Part shown: in pieces, positions 46,901-58,863 of the stretch
Layout: every line of letters starts with the position of its first letter
Position numbering within the stretch: the first letter of the stretch is position 1
DNA from: Callorhinchus milii
Lineage: Eukaryota
Assembly: GCF_018977255.1 (NCBI RefSeq)
Contig: NW_024704755.1
Location: forward strand, 496,001-560,000
Direction of reading: 5' to 3'
DNA length: 64,000 bases
Made by a program: the position numbers and the translations under genes
The notes under the pieces: model-generated
The model's input: only the letters and a program-made list of their open reading frames with translations
Databases searched by the model: none
Told to the model about the DNA's origin: nothing

Positions 46901-49900
46901 TGGATTCCCTGTCCCACCTGGCCGGGAGCATCATGCTCAGCAAATCCAGTTCCGCACAAACTGTGAGTGTCTCTCTTGTCCCAGGATTGCTTTTATCCTA
47001 CGATTTCACCTTAGTTTGTCAGCCTGGCTCAGTCGCGCTCTCACACCCCCAAGTCAGAAAGTTGTGGGTTTGAGCTCCCTACACATTGGGGACTCGGAAC
47101 CATATAGTCAAAGCTCCAGTGCAGATTGGAGGAAGAGAGAGCACTGCATTGTCGTGGGGGCTGTCCTCTGAATGAGACATTAAACCTCTGTGCTCTGTTC
47201 AGGGTGGACATTAATGATCTCTCTAAGGGGAAAAGAGAAGGGAATTTCTCTCTCTCTCTTCCGGCGTCCTGGCTGACAGATAAAACCATTTGCTCGCTTC
47301 ACAGCTGTTTGCGGGATGTCGCTGTGTGCAAGTTGGCTGCTGTGTTCGCCCACAAAACACACAGTCACAACACTCTACAGTCAATTCTGTGAAGCGCTTT
47401 GAGACGTCCTCCCGACCAAGTTAGGATTATAATTTTTTAAAACTATTCCATTGTTTTATTTTTTTCTCACAGCCTCATACTCTAATGGCAGACGAGCAAA
47501 TCCTTCAAGTAAGAGTTCAACCTCCACCACCCATCCCAGGCTCTGTCGCATTCGCACACCCTCAGACATACACCCTCACACAATGACACACAGTAACACA
47601 CACACACACCCTCACACAGTGGCACACAGGCAGGGAGTGGTACTGAGTGTGACTGTGTGTGTAACAGCCTGGACGCCCTCTCGCCTGAGCTTCACGCAGG
47701 ACGGTCATGATGTCACAGTTAGCTTCACCGCCGCCGCTGACACCGACAACATCAACAGTTACCACGTCTACCATGGTCGCTGCCCTCCCGGGGAGCCGGC
47801 TCCTCTCTCCTGGCAACACACCCACATGGTGAGCAAACTCTCCCCCTGCACCACACTGTCTGTGTCTGTTTGTACGTGTCTATGTGTGCATCTGTGTATG
47901 CACACGGGTGTGTGTCAGTGTGCATGTCTACATCTTGGTGTTGGTGCTGATTTCAACGATAAAGCCAAGTCTCTTCCCTCAGCCTCATGACGGAGCTGGG
48001 ACTGTGCAGGTTAGACTGGGGAGCCTGGAACCCGGCTTTAACTACAGTGTTGTGGTGAGTCAACTCCTCCCTCCATAGACTGCAGATCATCCAGATCTCT
48101 GCAGTCCGTGTCCTCTTCCACACCAGGCTCCACGACTGTATCACCTACCTCCTCGCCTGACTCCGCTGGCAGAGGATACAGTTCAAGATCCTGGTCCTCA
48201 CCTCCATAGCCCTCCTTCCCCTACCTCTGCGACCTTTTAATAATCCCCTACCAACCTGCCCGTTTCCTCCTGCTTCATGTCCCCCGCTTCAACCGCCCCA
48301 CCATTGGCAGGTGGGCCTTCTGCCACTCTGCTCCACCCTCTGGAACTCCAACCCTCAGTCCCTCCACCTCACCCCCTCTCTTGCCTCCTTCAAGACCCGT
48401 CTCAAGACCCTTCTCTTCGACCGTGCCTTCGGTCACCCTCATTCCCCCCCACTTCCCTCCACCCTCCCCAATCCTGACTCCCAGCTTGGGTCCGAAACAC
48501 TGATTGTCCAGCGCCTTGGGACGGCGGACCTGCCTGGCTCAAGAACCGGACTAGAGACAGGCACGGAGGACTGGCTCGATTCCAACATTCCGTTGCCAAA
48601 CTTGTCACCTTAGAGCCAGTTCAGTTCCAAGGGACCCCGCTTCTTGTTGTCTCTGAGAGCATTGTGCTGAGTTGGTTTCTTCTCTGACACACTGAGTGTG
48701 TATTTTTTGCAGCTTCTGTCTGATCAGGAGGGAGCTGAGCGACGAGAGGTAACATATTTTGTGAAATCAGGTAAGTCTGAGCTCACAGGACCGGCTGACG
48801 CTCTACCGCAGATCTGGAGGGAGAGAGAGCGTCACATTGTCGGAGACTTTAAACCTCACTCCCCGTCCGTGCCCTATTTGGGGCGGATGGTAAAGATTGG
48901 TGTGTGTGTATGTGTGTTAACCCTGTAAAACAAAGCCCTAACAAGTCGGTGATCCAAGTCGCGGGAAAGCTTGCTAGACAGCATTCTCAATGGTGGTTTC
49001 AGCTGGTTAGACTCCAGCAGTTATTCCAACCCACACTCTGGGATCCCCTAAGCCTTGGCTCTCGCTCTCTAAGCATGGTGATGGGATTCTGCGTGGGTCA
49101 GGCATGCGGCTGACTGAAGTATAAAGTGTGTGTACATGCGTGTGTGTTCACAGAGCAGACAGGAGAGGGACAACAACTCACACTTACTCTGCTGCTGGTG
49201 CTCTTTGCTCTGATCTCGACCGTTGTCACTGTGACAGCCAGTCATCTCATCAACAACAGGAAGCAAAGTGAGTGTGCTTCATCTCTGCTCACCGTGTGTG
49301 TTTGTTTTGTGTGTATTAAGAGTGTGTGTTTGTCAGTGTATATATATGTCAATGTGTATGTCAGTGTATGTGTAAGTACGTCAGTCTGGCCTTCTATCTC
49401 TGCCTTTCTCATTGTCTGACTCTGTCTGTTTCTCTCTTCTCTCAGATGGAAAGCGAGGTGAGGCTGGCTTTGGGGACGACTCTGTGTCTGAGCCCTTCAC
49501 AACACAGAGAGTCTCTAACCCAAGAGTCTTTCTCCTGTACCCAGACACGGCCTCTCCAACGCTGCTCAACGTGGTACTTCACTTTGCCACTTTCCTACAG
49601 GCACACTGTGCTTGTCAGGTTAGTCACTCGCACTCCCCCCAGGCCTACACACATTCACAAATTAACACTCACCCCAATCCAATACACCCAGATGCACTCA
49701 CACAGTGATAGACACACTTACATACACATACTCTCACACACATACACTATGACACTGACACACACACACACTGTGACTGTGGTGTCTGACTCCCCTCAGG
49801 TGGTGCTGGACATGTGGGAGGAGCTGGCGAGGGGCCTGGAGGGGCGAGCAGACTGGATAGTTCGGCAGTTGGCTGAGGCCCACTTCATCGTTGTGATGTG

Positions 49901-50279
49901 TTGGCCGGGAGGCGGCTGCCCACCGGGGCCCGGATGGGGGGGCTTCTTCTCCCTGGGGGTGTCACTGGTGGCGGAGCAGCTCCTCCAGGCCCGGATAAAT
50001 TCAAGCGGCCTCTCCCGCTTCATTGTGACCTGTTTCGGACAATGCAGAGAGGCCGATGTCCCTGGGGTGCTGGATTTGGCCACGAAATACAAGCTGATGG
50101 AGGCCTTGCCCAGGTTTTTCTCTCACCTTCACTCCCTGGAACTGCTGGGCCCAGGCCTGGCCCTGCACGTGGACGGGATCTCAGAGGAGACTTACCCTGC
50201 AACCCCCTCTGGATTTGCTCTGTACGAAGCTCTAAGACTCGCTGGGGAAGATGGGAGCATGGAGTCAGCCACACTCTGA
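43966..50279 (+). CDS. Divergent interleukin-17 receptor D (Sef)-like type I membrane receptor with SEFIR domain, 12 coding exons, 529 aa
   Basis: Exons 43966-44004, 44404-44482, 45847-45990, 46495-46610, 46845-46962, 47473-47508, 47668-47828, 47983-48054, 48713-48770, 49154-49267, 49446-49618, 49800-50279; GT-AG, 1590 nt in frame. Signal peptide MWLTVLLLVIVVQTGS, with an in-frame stop upstream at 43870. AVTIEWNPSPYGIEFVQGFRV and WTPSRLSFTQDGHDVTVSF resemble the IL17RD ectodomain. TM segment LTLTLLLVLFALISTVVTVTA. SEFIR: PRVFLLY, NVVLHFATFLQAHCACQVVLDMWE, DVPGVLDLATKYKLMEALP. The first two exons are less certain. Confidence 0.85.
44675..45137 (-). mobile_element. L2 LINE 3' fragment
   Basis: Minus-strand PTIGGQAFSHSASTPWNSIP..SFRTQLKTLHF and L2 tail. 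Confidence 0.85.
45138..45560 (+). mobile_element. CR1 LINE 3' fragment
   Basis: LYSLEFRRLTGDLIEVFKMIKG..LFPL..TRG; 3' end gaacaggctcgaagggctgaatggcctcc. Confidence 0.88.
47020..47412 (+). mobile_element. Near full-length tRNA-derived SINE
   Basis: Head cagcctggctcagtcg..gagtcagaaagttgtgggtttgagc, Deu-like body and L2-like tail gtgaagcgctttgagacgtcct. Related copies at ~17550-17730, 46090-46365, 50290-50525, 54130-54570 (+) and 20230-20690, 58090-58530, 63010-63375 (-). Confidence 0.8.
48060..48522 (+). mobile_element. L2 LINE 3' fragment
   Basis: LWNSNPQSLHLTPSLASFKTRLKTLLFD motif. Confidence 0.85.
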
Positions 50280-50754
50280 GGGTGGTGTAGCACTCACTTG
50301 CATGCACTCTCCCTCTGTATTATGTGCCTCCGAGTCAGGAGGTTGTGGGTTTGAGCCTCACCTTGGGAACTCTAAGTCAAAGTCTATGACGACACTCCAG
50401 CGCAGCGCTGGGGGAGAGCGCAGTATTTTTGGAGATGCCGTTTACAGTGTGTTCTGTGAAGTGCTTTGAGATTCTCGAAGACGTGATAAGGCATTGTATC
50501 AAATGTCAGAATTATTATTATTATGTTAAACCTCATTCCCCCTCTGTGTCCTATTCAGGGCAGACGTTAAAGATCTGCTGCAGCGCTGTCAGGGAAAAGC
50601 AAATAAGAGTTTTTCTCTTTCTGTCTCTACTGGTATCCTGGCCGACAATCTCTCAGATTAAAGGTTATTTCTTGCCCACTCCACAGCTCTCTGTGTCTGT
50701 GTGTCAGGGACATTACTGTGTGCAAATGGGTTACCGCGTTCACAGTCACTACAC

Positions 50755-50960
50755 TGCAGAGTCAGAAGGTTGTGGATTCACTGCAGAAATCCATCACCGT
50801 GATCAGCCGGTATCTGACACAACCAGAAACGCATCACCACGATCAGCTGGTGTTTGACCCGCAGAAGCCCATCACCATAATCAGCCAGATGTCTGACCCG
50901 CATGGAAACCCATCACTGTGATCAGCTGTGTGTCTGACCAACGCGGAAACCCGTCGCGGG
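50755..50960. repeat. Degenerate ~39-bp tandem repeat (cagaaacccatcaccgtgatcagctg..tctgacc)
   Basis: About 5 recurring catcac..gatcagc..tctgac units. Confidence 0.7.
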
Positions 50961-51554
50961 ATTATAATATTAATGATAATTTATGTATAATTATATATGT
51001 AATGTACAATAATTATTTGTACATGTTTATATATAATTTATATATAATCCAGTGCCTTGGGACATCCTACCGACATGAAAGGCGCTATATTGGGCAAGTT
51101 TCCTTACTCCACACACACGCCTCTGTTTATCTAGCAGTAAGTAGGAACCTGGTTGGTAGTCAATTGGTGGATTGCTTTTCTGGGGGGAATAATTCCTTCA
51201 AAAAAAAAGTAATAAATTATTCATTAAATCCATGACTGTTGGTGGGACACTGGTGGGCACAATTGGCTGCCGCGTTTCGCCCACGATAATATACAGTCAG
51301 TTCACTTCACAGAATATTCTGTGAAGAGCTTTGAGACGTCTCGAAGCCATGATAAGGCGCTATATCAAATGCAAGGATTATTTTAAATTATTTACATAAA
51401 TTTGTTGTTCTAATAAACTAAACTATTAGGATAATGTATATTTGTATAATTTATATTAATAATGATTTAGATAACAATTATAATAGATAAACTGTGTAAT
51501 TATTGTTACAATTATAAATGAAGTACCTGTGTTATAACTACTGGGGACACAAGT

Positions 51555-51645
51555 GACCTGTCAATCACTCTGCCTCACCTCCCAGCATCCCGCGCACTGT
51601 CCCCGGCCTCACCTCCCGGCATTCCCCGCACTATTTCCGGTGGGG
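51555..51645 (+). promoter_or_regulatory. Compact CCDC22 promoter: Pbx/Prep decamer, duplicated ZNF143-like sites, ETS site
   Basis: CTGTCAATCA at 51558-51567 (TGATTGACAG on minus); direct repeat gcctcacctccc(a/g)gcat(c/t)cc(g/c)cgcact at 51572 and 51606; TTTCCGG just before the ATG. Confidence 0.6.
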
Positions 51646-54600
51646 ATGGAGGAAGTTGATCGGATTCTGCTCAACTCCCTGAGACAGAGCGGCGCGTGAG
51701 TCACCCCCTAACTCAATAACTAACTCATTAACTAACCCCACAACAGCTCACTCACCCCACAACAGCTCACTCACTCAGTAACCAGCTCAATACCCCATTA
51801 ACCAACTCACCAACTCAGTAACCAGCTCAATACCCCATTAACCAACTCACCAACTCAGTAACCAGCTCAATACCTCATTAACCAACTCACCAACTCAGTA
51901 ACCAGCTCAATACCCCATTAACCAACTCACCAACTCAGTAACCAGCTCAATACCCCATTAACCAACTCACCAACTCAGTAACCAGCTCAATACCTCATTA
52001 ACCAACTCACCAACTCAGTAACCAGCTCAATACCTCCATTAACCATCTTAATAACTAACTCACTGTCTCAATACAACTTGCATTTATACAGCGCCCCCCA
52101 CGCCGGGCGGCATCCCAGAGCACTCAATAACCAACATAGCAAGACAGCAGCCCGTGGGTCATCCCCTAACCCAATAACTGTCCCAATAACCAACTCACTA
52201 GCCCAATAACTAACTAACTAACCAACCCCAGGGCGGCACGCAAGTTTCTCTTTAATCCAATAACCAGCTCACTATCCCAATACCTAATTCAATAACTAAC
52301 TCAATAATCAACTTCCTTGGGCAGAACGGCATGTGAGTCACCCAGCAATTCAGTAACTAACTCAATAACTTCCCGAGTCACGGCAGAGCGTGTAACTCAC
52401 TGACTGATTAGATAACTCACTGCCTGACTGGCTGAGCCACTGACTGGCTGCCTGTGACTAGTGTCTCTGTCTTCACAGGGACATCGCGGAGGATGTGGAG
52501 AGCGTGCGACAGCTAACAACTGAGCTGATTGTGGAGTGCGTGGTCCGCTGCTTGCGTATCCTCAACCCGGCCCTTGGGAATGGCGTCAGCCACTTGCTTC
52601 CACCGGGAATGTCGGCTCGGTTCCGGATCGGAATGTGCCTTGCCCAGGCCTGTCAGGTGAGCGATATCTTGAGGAGATGAGCTGATGAACGAGCGAGCAG
52701 TTTTATCTATTGAAATCTATCTAGTATTATCTCTGAAATGCTGTACACTGTCCCCCCCGATGTGAAAGGCTCTATACAAATGTAATCTTGTTGTTGTATT
52801 GGCCAGGAAAAAAGATCTCCCTTTTACCCCCGATAGTGCTGCGGGAGATCTTTGATGTCCTCCCTGAATAGGGCATGGATTGCGAGTGAGGTTTAATGTC
52901 TCATCCGAAGGACGATGCATCCGACAATATGGCGTTCTCTCCCCGCCAGCACTGCACTGGAGGGTCCGATCTGTGGACATTAAAGATCTACCACCGCACC
53001 GTTGGAAAAAAGGGAGTTTCTCTCTGTCTCTCTTAATCCTTTGTATCTTCTCCTACATGTTTAGGAGCTGGGTTACCAGGGTGAGATTGGGTACCAGACT
53101 TTCCTCTACAGCAATGAGCCGGAGATCAGGCGTCTCCTCATGTTTCTGGTGGAAAAGCTTCCTCGAGACAGTGCAGACACAGCAGACCAGCCTGCAGGTA
53201 AGTTATGGCAGCCCGGCTCAGTTGCTGTGTATGTCAGCCTGGATCAGTCACTCGCTCAAACAAGTCCTTCTTTGTTTTGTGTCTTGACAGAGAAATCAGT
53301 TCTCCTTCAGAGATTGATTGCCACTAAGATCAAGCAGCAACTGGCCAGCGCTTGGCTACCGCCTGCTCTCCGCACCACGTCTCTGCTCAACACTCAGGTC
53401 AGTCTCTCATAATAAGCCTCACATCTGGCCAGAGCTCCCACCTCAAGAGGATGTCTTGAAGTACTTCCCAGGGATTCGCTGTAATGTGCGTTTTGTAGGG
53501 CCACCGATTTGAGCACAGTGAACGTTTTTATCTGTTGGCCAGGACACCGAGAGAGAGAACGAGGGGAAGGAGAGAGGGAGAGTCGCTTTTCCCCCCAACG
53601 GCGTTGAAGGAGATCTTTAACAACTAATAACAGCCATGTGTGTTTCTTACACAGAATTCCTGCCTGATGAACAAGTTCCACTCTCAGGCGCTCAGCTTGG
53701 TGGGCAGCACAGAGGGACACGTCCCGAGAGGTAAGTGCAGCTGAGTGAGAACAGGCCTGATTGCCTGACATCCGGGGCGACGTCTCGATGCGCTTTACCA
53801 GGTTTCACTGCCTCTGGTTCTGAGCTGTGGGGGTGAGAGACAAAGGGAGCTCTCTCCATCTGCTCCTCCTCTCTCCCCCTCTCAACAGTCTCTCTTGTTC
53901 ACAGAGCTGTGGGAATACTGGGAACAGCACCAGCCGCCGGTGACAGCTCAGGCCTGGGACCAGGCCTGTGTCGCAGCCTCTGTGCTGGAGCGAGCGACAG
54001 CTGACCTCAGCGCCGTGCAGGAGTGGGAAGCAGAGTGGAACAGCCAGGGCTTGGTCTCTCGACTCTCCCCTGAGGTAGGTGTGGCACTCTGGGAGGTGGG
54101 GGAAAAGAGAGCTCCTGTTTCATTGTGTATCAGCCTGGCTCAGTTGCTTGCACTCTCACTTTTGGAGTCAGAAGGTTGTGGGTTCAAGCCCTACATCAAG
54201 ACTTGCAATCACACAGTCAAAGCTAACGCTCCAGTGCAGTGCTGGGGAGTGTTGCATTGTCGGGGGCGCTGTCCTTCGGATGAGACGTTAAACCAAGTTC
54301 CCCGTTCATGCTCTGCTCAGGTGGACGTTAAAAGATCTTTCCACAGCATTATTCGAAAAGAGACGGGAGTTTCTCTCTCCCCTCCAGTTTCCTGGCCGAC
54401 AATCTCCAAATAAAATCGGTCTCTTGCTCCATGGTCGTTTGTGGGACACTGCTGTATGCAAACTGGCTGCCTCGTTTCACCCACAAAATACAGTCACTAT
54501 ATTTCTGTGAAGTGCTTTGAGATGTCTCAATGATGGGATAACGCACCATATCAAATGCAAGGATTATTATGAAAATATCTTCTCCCTATGTTTTTCGTTC

Positions 54601-57600
54601 TCTCACACAGGAATACAAAGCCAGGAAAAGGCAGCGTTTACAAAGCAGGATACAGGAATATTTAAAACAAAGCAGCCAGCGGTCAGAGGTCAGGGCAGGT
54701 CTCGCTGGGACCCCTGCCCCCGACCTGACAGATCCCCGCCCAGACCACAGGTGTCTCCGAGCTAAACACTCTCGTTTCATCCACACTGAAAAATTCACTT
54801 TCACACAGGTAAGTGAGGACCTCGTCCTCTCTCTACCCCGCTGTCTCCCCCTCTCTTGATTAGTCTTTATCCCTCCATCTCTGTCTCTATCATTCCTCTC
54901 TTCCCCCCTCCCCCCACCCATCTTCAAATCCAGTCTTAAAACCCACCTCTCAAGATTTCGAACCCCTTGATCCTGTCACTTTGAAGAGTTCTAAATGCAA
55001 GTCCTGGCTGACAGATCTGTGTCATCACTCTTTGTTGTGTTTCTCCCCCCCCGCCTCCCCACCCACACACATATACAGGAAGCTGATAAAGATGTGAGTC
55101 AGTCACTGGCGTCCATCAGCGGCCGAACCTCATCGAAGGATTCACAGGAGGTGAGAGGGAGCGAGGCTGGGAGGGAGGGAGAGAGAGACACTAGTGGGAA
55201 ATGTGTGTGTTATTCACCGTAACCAGCCACTTCACTGAGAGCCCCCACACAGACTCTCAACACATAGTCACTACACTTCTCTCATCAGTTTCCTCCCCCA
55301 ACACCACAGGATGTTCAGGCAGAACAGCAGAAGGAAGTGAGGGAGCTGGAGAAACAGCTTAAGAGTTTGGGGGAACAAATCCAGGATGTGAGAACAGCCA
55401 TGGAAACCCAGACCCTCACTGTGAACCAGGTAAGTGCCCAGCGCGAGGGGAGGATTGTTAATAATAATAGTCCTTGCTTTTGATATAGTGCCTTATGTTG
55501 TTGAGACGTCTCAAGCGCTTCGCAGGATTTACTGGGGGTGGAGGAGGTATGGTTACAGCCTGGGTGAATGGAGAGTGACGCTGGTTTGTGTTGAAGGCGG
55601 AGGAGGAGACAAGGGACCGGGAGCTGAGTGCAGAGGAGAAGCAGCAGCTACTACACATCAGGAAGCGAGCGCTGGACTTGCTGCCTGACGCAGAGGGCAA
55701 CCTAAGCAAACTGCAGGTAAATCACAATCACTCAACTGGAGCAAATGCCAGGTAACGCGTTGACACACACTGGCTCACACTCAAGCTCATCAAACTGCAG
55801 GTAACCTGCGCTCGCTCACACTTGCTCTCGGTCACACTGACTCGCTGACACGCATGGTGTTCGTCTCTCTTGCCCAGGCTGTGATGGAGGCCAGTGCCCA
55901 GCGGCTGGTGAGTTTGGCTGGTCAATGGGAGAAGCACCGAGTCCCGCTCATCGCGGAGCACAGGAGGCTGAAACAACAGCTGGACAGCCACGAGGTTAGC
56001 GGGCCGCTGGGGGGTGGAGAACTGGGGTTGTCTGTCTGTCGCTGATGCCATCTGTTTCTGTCTGCCTTGTTTTGTAACTGTCTCTCTCTCAGTCTGTCTG
56101 TTTCACTTTCTCTGTCGCTGACTTTCTCTTTGTGTCTTAGCTGGAGTCCTCGCGACGACTGATGGAGATTAAAGAATTTCATGAGAAAATTAAAACGTCA
56201 GCAGAGGAGGCGAAGAGAAAAGAGAACGTTCATCGTCAGCTCGTGAGTCACTGCTCCCCGCCATGTCTGTCTCTCACTCCCCTCCTCTTCGTCTCACGCC
56301 CCTCTCTGTCTCGCTCGCTCCCCCCACTCTGTGTCTCTTTATTTCTCTTCTCTCCCCCCCCCCCCTCTCACTATCTCTTGTCTCTCTCAGGTGCTGGAGT
56401 TGGAGCATTTGTCGCGTGGGGTGGGTCGAGCAGCGTACACTCAGCGCATCCTGGAGATTGTCAGTAACATCAGCAAACAGAAAGAGGAAATCACCAAGGT
56501 GATGTCTTGGGTGGCGAGGGAAGGAGGGAGCAAGCGAGGGAATAGAGTGGAGCTCAGTGCTTGCCTGCTGTGTACTTATTAGACGGTCTCTGTGCGTCTC
56601 TCCTGCTTGACCCTCTCCCCTCTCCATGTGTGTTTCAGATCCTGTCAGACACGAAGGAACTACAGAAGGAGATTAACAGCCTGACGGGCAAGCTGGACAG
56701 GACCTTCGCTGTCACAGACGAGCTGCTCTTTAAGGTTGACAAAGAAATCCACTTAACTCCCCTCCCCCCACCCCCAACGCAGGGGGCTCTAAGCTCAGTC
56801 CAGGTTGACACTCCTCCCCCAGATTCATGAGAGGGAGCGAGTGTTGCCAGAGGAGAGGGTACAGGATCTTAAACACCCCCCATTGTGTCTTGGCCAACAA
56901 TCCTCCAGATTAATGGCTCATCCTCGAGCTGTGTCTGAGTGTGTGTAGGAATGAGTATATATGTGTGAGAGTCAGTGTATGTGTGTGAAAGTGAGTGTGT
57001 ATGCGAGTGTTAGTGTGAATGCAAGAGTGAGTGTATGTGAGTCAGTTACGTGGCCTAGGCAAATGGCTGCCATGTTGGCTGCTGACTTTGCCCCAACATG
57101 CACAGACCTTTCTCACTGACTCTCTCTCTGTCTCTCTTTGAAGGATGCAAAACGTGATGAAGCCGTGCGGAAAGCTTATAAATACCTCGCAGCTCTGCAC
57201 GAGGTGAGCACAGGCAGGCGGGTGGTTAGACGCGAAAGGCGCAATGTAACTGAGAGTCGTGGCGCTCTGTGAGACATCTCTCTGGGATGAAAGACGTGTG
57301 TGAATGTACATGGTCGTATTCTCCACAGAACTGCAGTCAGCTGATCGAGACCATTGAGGACACAGGCACCATCCTCAGGGAAGTCCGCGATTTGGAGGAA
57401 CTGGTGAGAGAGTAACACTCATTCCCTCTCTTTGTCGCTCGCTCGCTCTACTGTCTGTCTCTCTGACTCACTCGCACTCATTCCCTCATGGGCTCTGTCC
57501 CTCTCGGTCACTCCCCTCTCTCACTGAGCGCTGTGACAGGCCAGAAGCTGGTTATTAATATTCTGGTGGGGGGGGGGGCATTGTTTTGCAGATTGACTTG

Positions 57601-57705
57601 GAGACGGGAAAGAAGACTTTAATTAACTTGGAGAAGATCTTGGAGGATCACAGAGCAATCAGACAGGAGAACGCTGGCCTGGCTGGTAGGCTGAGAGAGG
57701 CCTGA
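51646..57705 (+). CDS. CCDC22: Coiled-coil domain-containing protein 22 (CCC/Commander complex), 17 exons, 631 aa
   Basis: Exons 51646-51695, 52479-52656, 53065-53197, 53291-53397, 53655-53730, 53905-54074, 54611-54808, 55079-55150, 55310-55429, 55597-55716, 55878-55994, 56141-56242, 56391-56498, 56639-56734, 57144-57203, 57329-57403, 57592-57705; 1896 nt in frame. Motifs MEEVDRIL, LPPGMSARFR, IGYQTFLY, AYTQRILEIV, KLDRTFAVTDELLFKDAK, ENAGLAGRLREA*. Confidence 0.97.
51770..52045. repeat. 40-bp tandem repeat (aactcagtaaccagctcaataccccattaaccaactcacc), ~6.5 copies, CCDC22 intron 1
   Basis: Near-perfect visible repeat with a 40-nt period. Confidence 0.95.
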
Positions 57706-58018
57706 ACCCAACCACAGCCAGATACACACAGGGCCAGAGAGAGAGAGAGACGGACGGAGAGAGAGAAGCACATATACACAGTGACAACTACACGGGGGGG
57801 CTTACAGGAAGAGAAGAGAACGAAAGAGATGGGACCACAGATACACACAGGGAGACAGAAAACAATACTAAAACCCAAATATTTTGCGAGGCTCCAAGAC
57901 TGAGATTTTTGTACGATGGCTGTCATGGAGAAGCGCTCAGTCTGCGATTCAAACTCCCAGGGATTCTCTCTTCTGGACCAGAAGTGGGAAAATGATGGGA
58001 TCAGTGATCAATAATTGT

Positions 58019-58024
58019 AATAAA
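58019..58024 (+). terminator. CCDC22 poly(A) signal AATAAA
   Basis: AATAAA ~310 nt after the stop. Confidence 0.65.
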
Positions 58025-58863
58025 ACTTATATCAAACACCCATGTCTTGTCAATCCTAGTTTTACACTGGGGTTTTGATACCCAGAGTTCAACGATCAAT
58101 AACAATAATAGCTTGCGTCTAACACGGAGGCTTCCATGTCGAAAAGATGTCTTGAACACTTCACAGGGTTTCACTGTGAAGTGTAGTTACTGTGTTTTGA
58201 GGGCGCTGTGAGGCAGGAATGAGTGCCAGTGAGTCAGAGACTGACAGTGAGTGAGACTGAGCAAGAGTAATGTCCCCTCAAACAGCTGTGAAGCAAGTGG
58301 CTTTATCGGCCACGAGGAGAGAAACTCCCTTCTCTTTTTCCTCTCGACAGCTCCGTAGGAGATCTTTTAAGGTTACCCTGAACAGGGCATGGACGGAAGT
58401 GAGATTTAACATCTCATTCGAAGAACAGTGACTCCCAACACTCGCCCCAGCGCTGGGCTGGAGTGTCGGCTCAGACAAATCGTGCGAGTCCCTGATTTAT
58501 AGGGGATCAAACCCACAACCTTCTTGTGAACTGTTAACGTCAGTGATAATTAGTTATCTCCGAGGACACGCTGTTATTGTTAACCATGCTAGTGTTAATT
58601 ATAGTTAACAATAACTTAGTTATTTAGTAAGTTAATTGGTCAGTTATTATTCAACCAGTTAATTAGTTACTAAGTTAATTAGTTCTTCAGTCAGTTAATT
58701 ATTTAGTAAGTCAGTCAATTAGTGATTTATTCAGTCAGTTAATCAGCTATTCAGTCAAATATTCAGTAGTTATTCAGCCAATGAATGAATCAGTCGGTGT
58801 CAGCAGTGAGTGTTGTGGCCTCCAGGGGTCGCTCTCTCCCTCCCCGGGGCTGAGCGGGAGGGG

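Noticed and set aside
51770-52045. Regular 40-bp repeats (and other arrays) as CRISPR-like arrays
   Set aside because: Head-to-tail units with no unique spacers, in a eukaryotic intron, with no cas genes.
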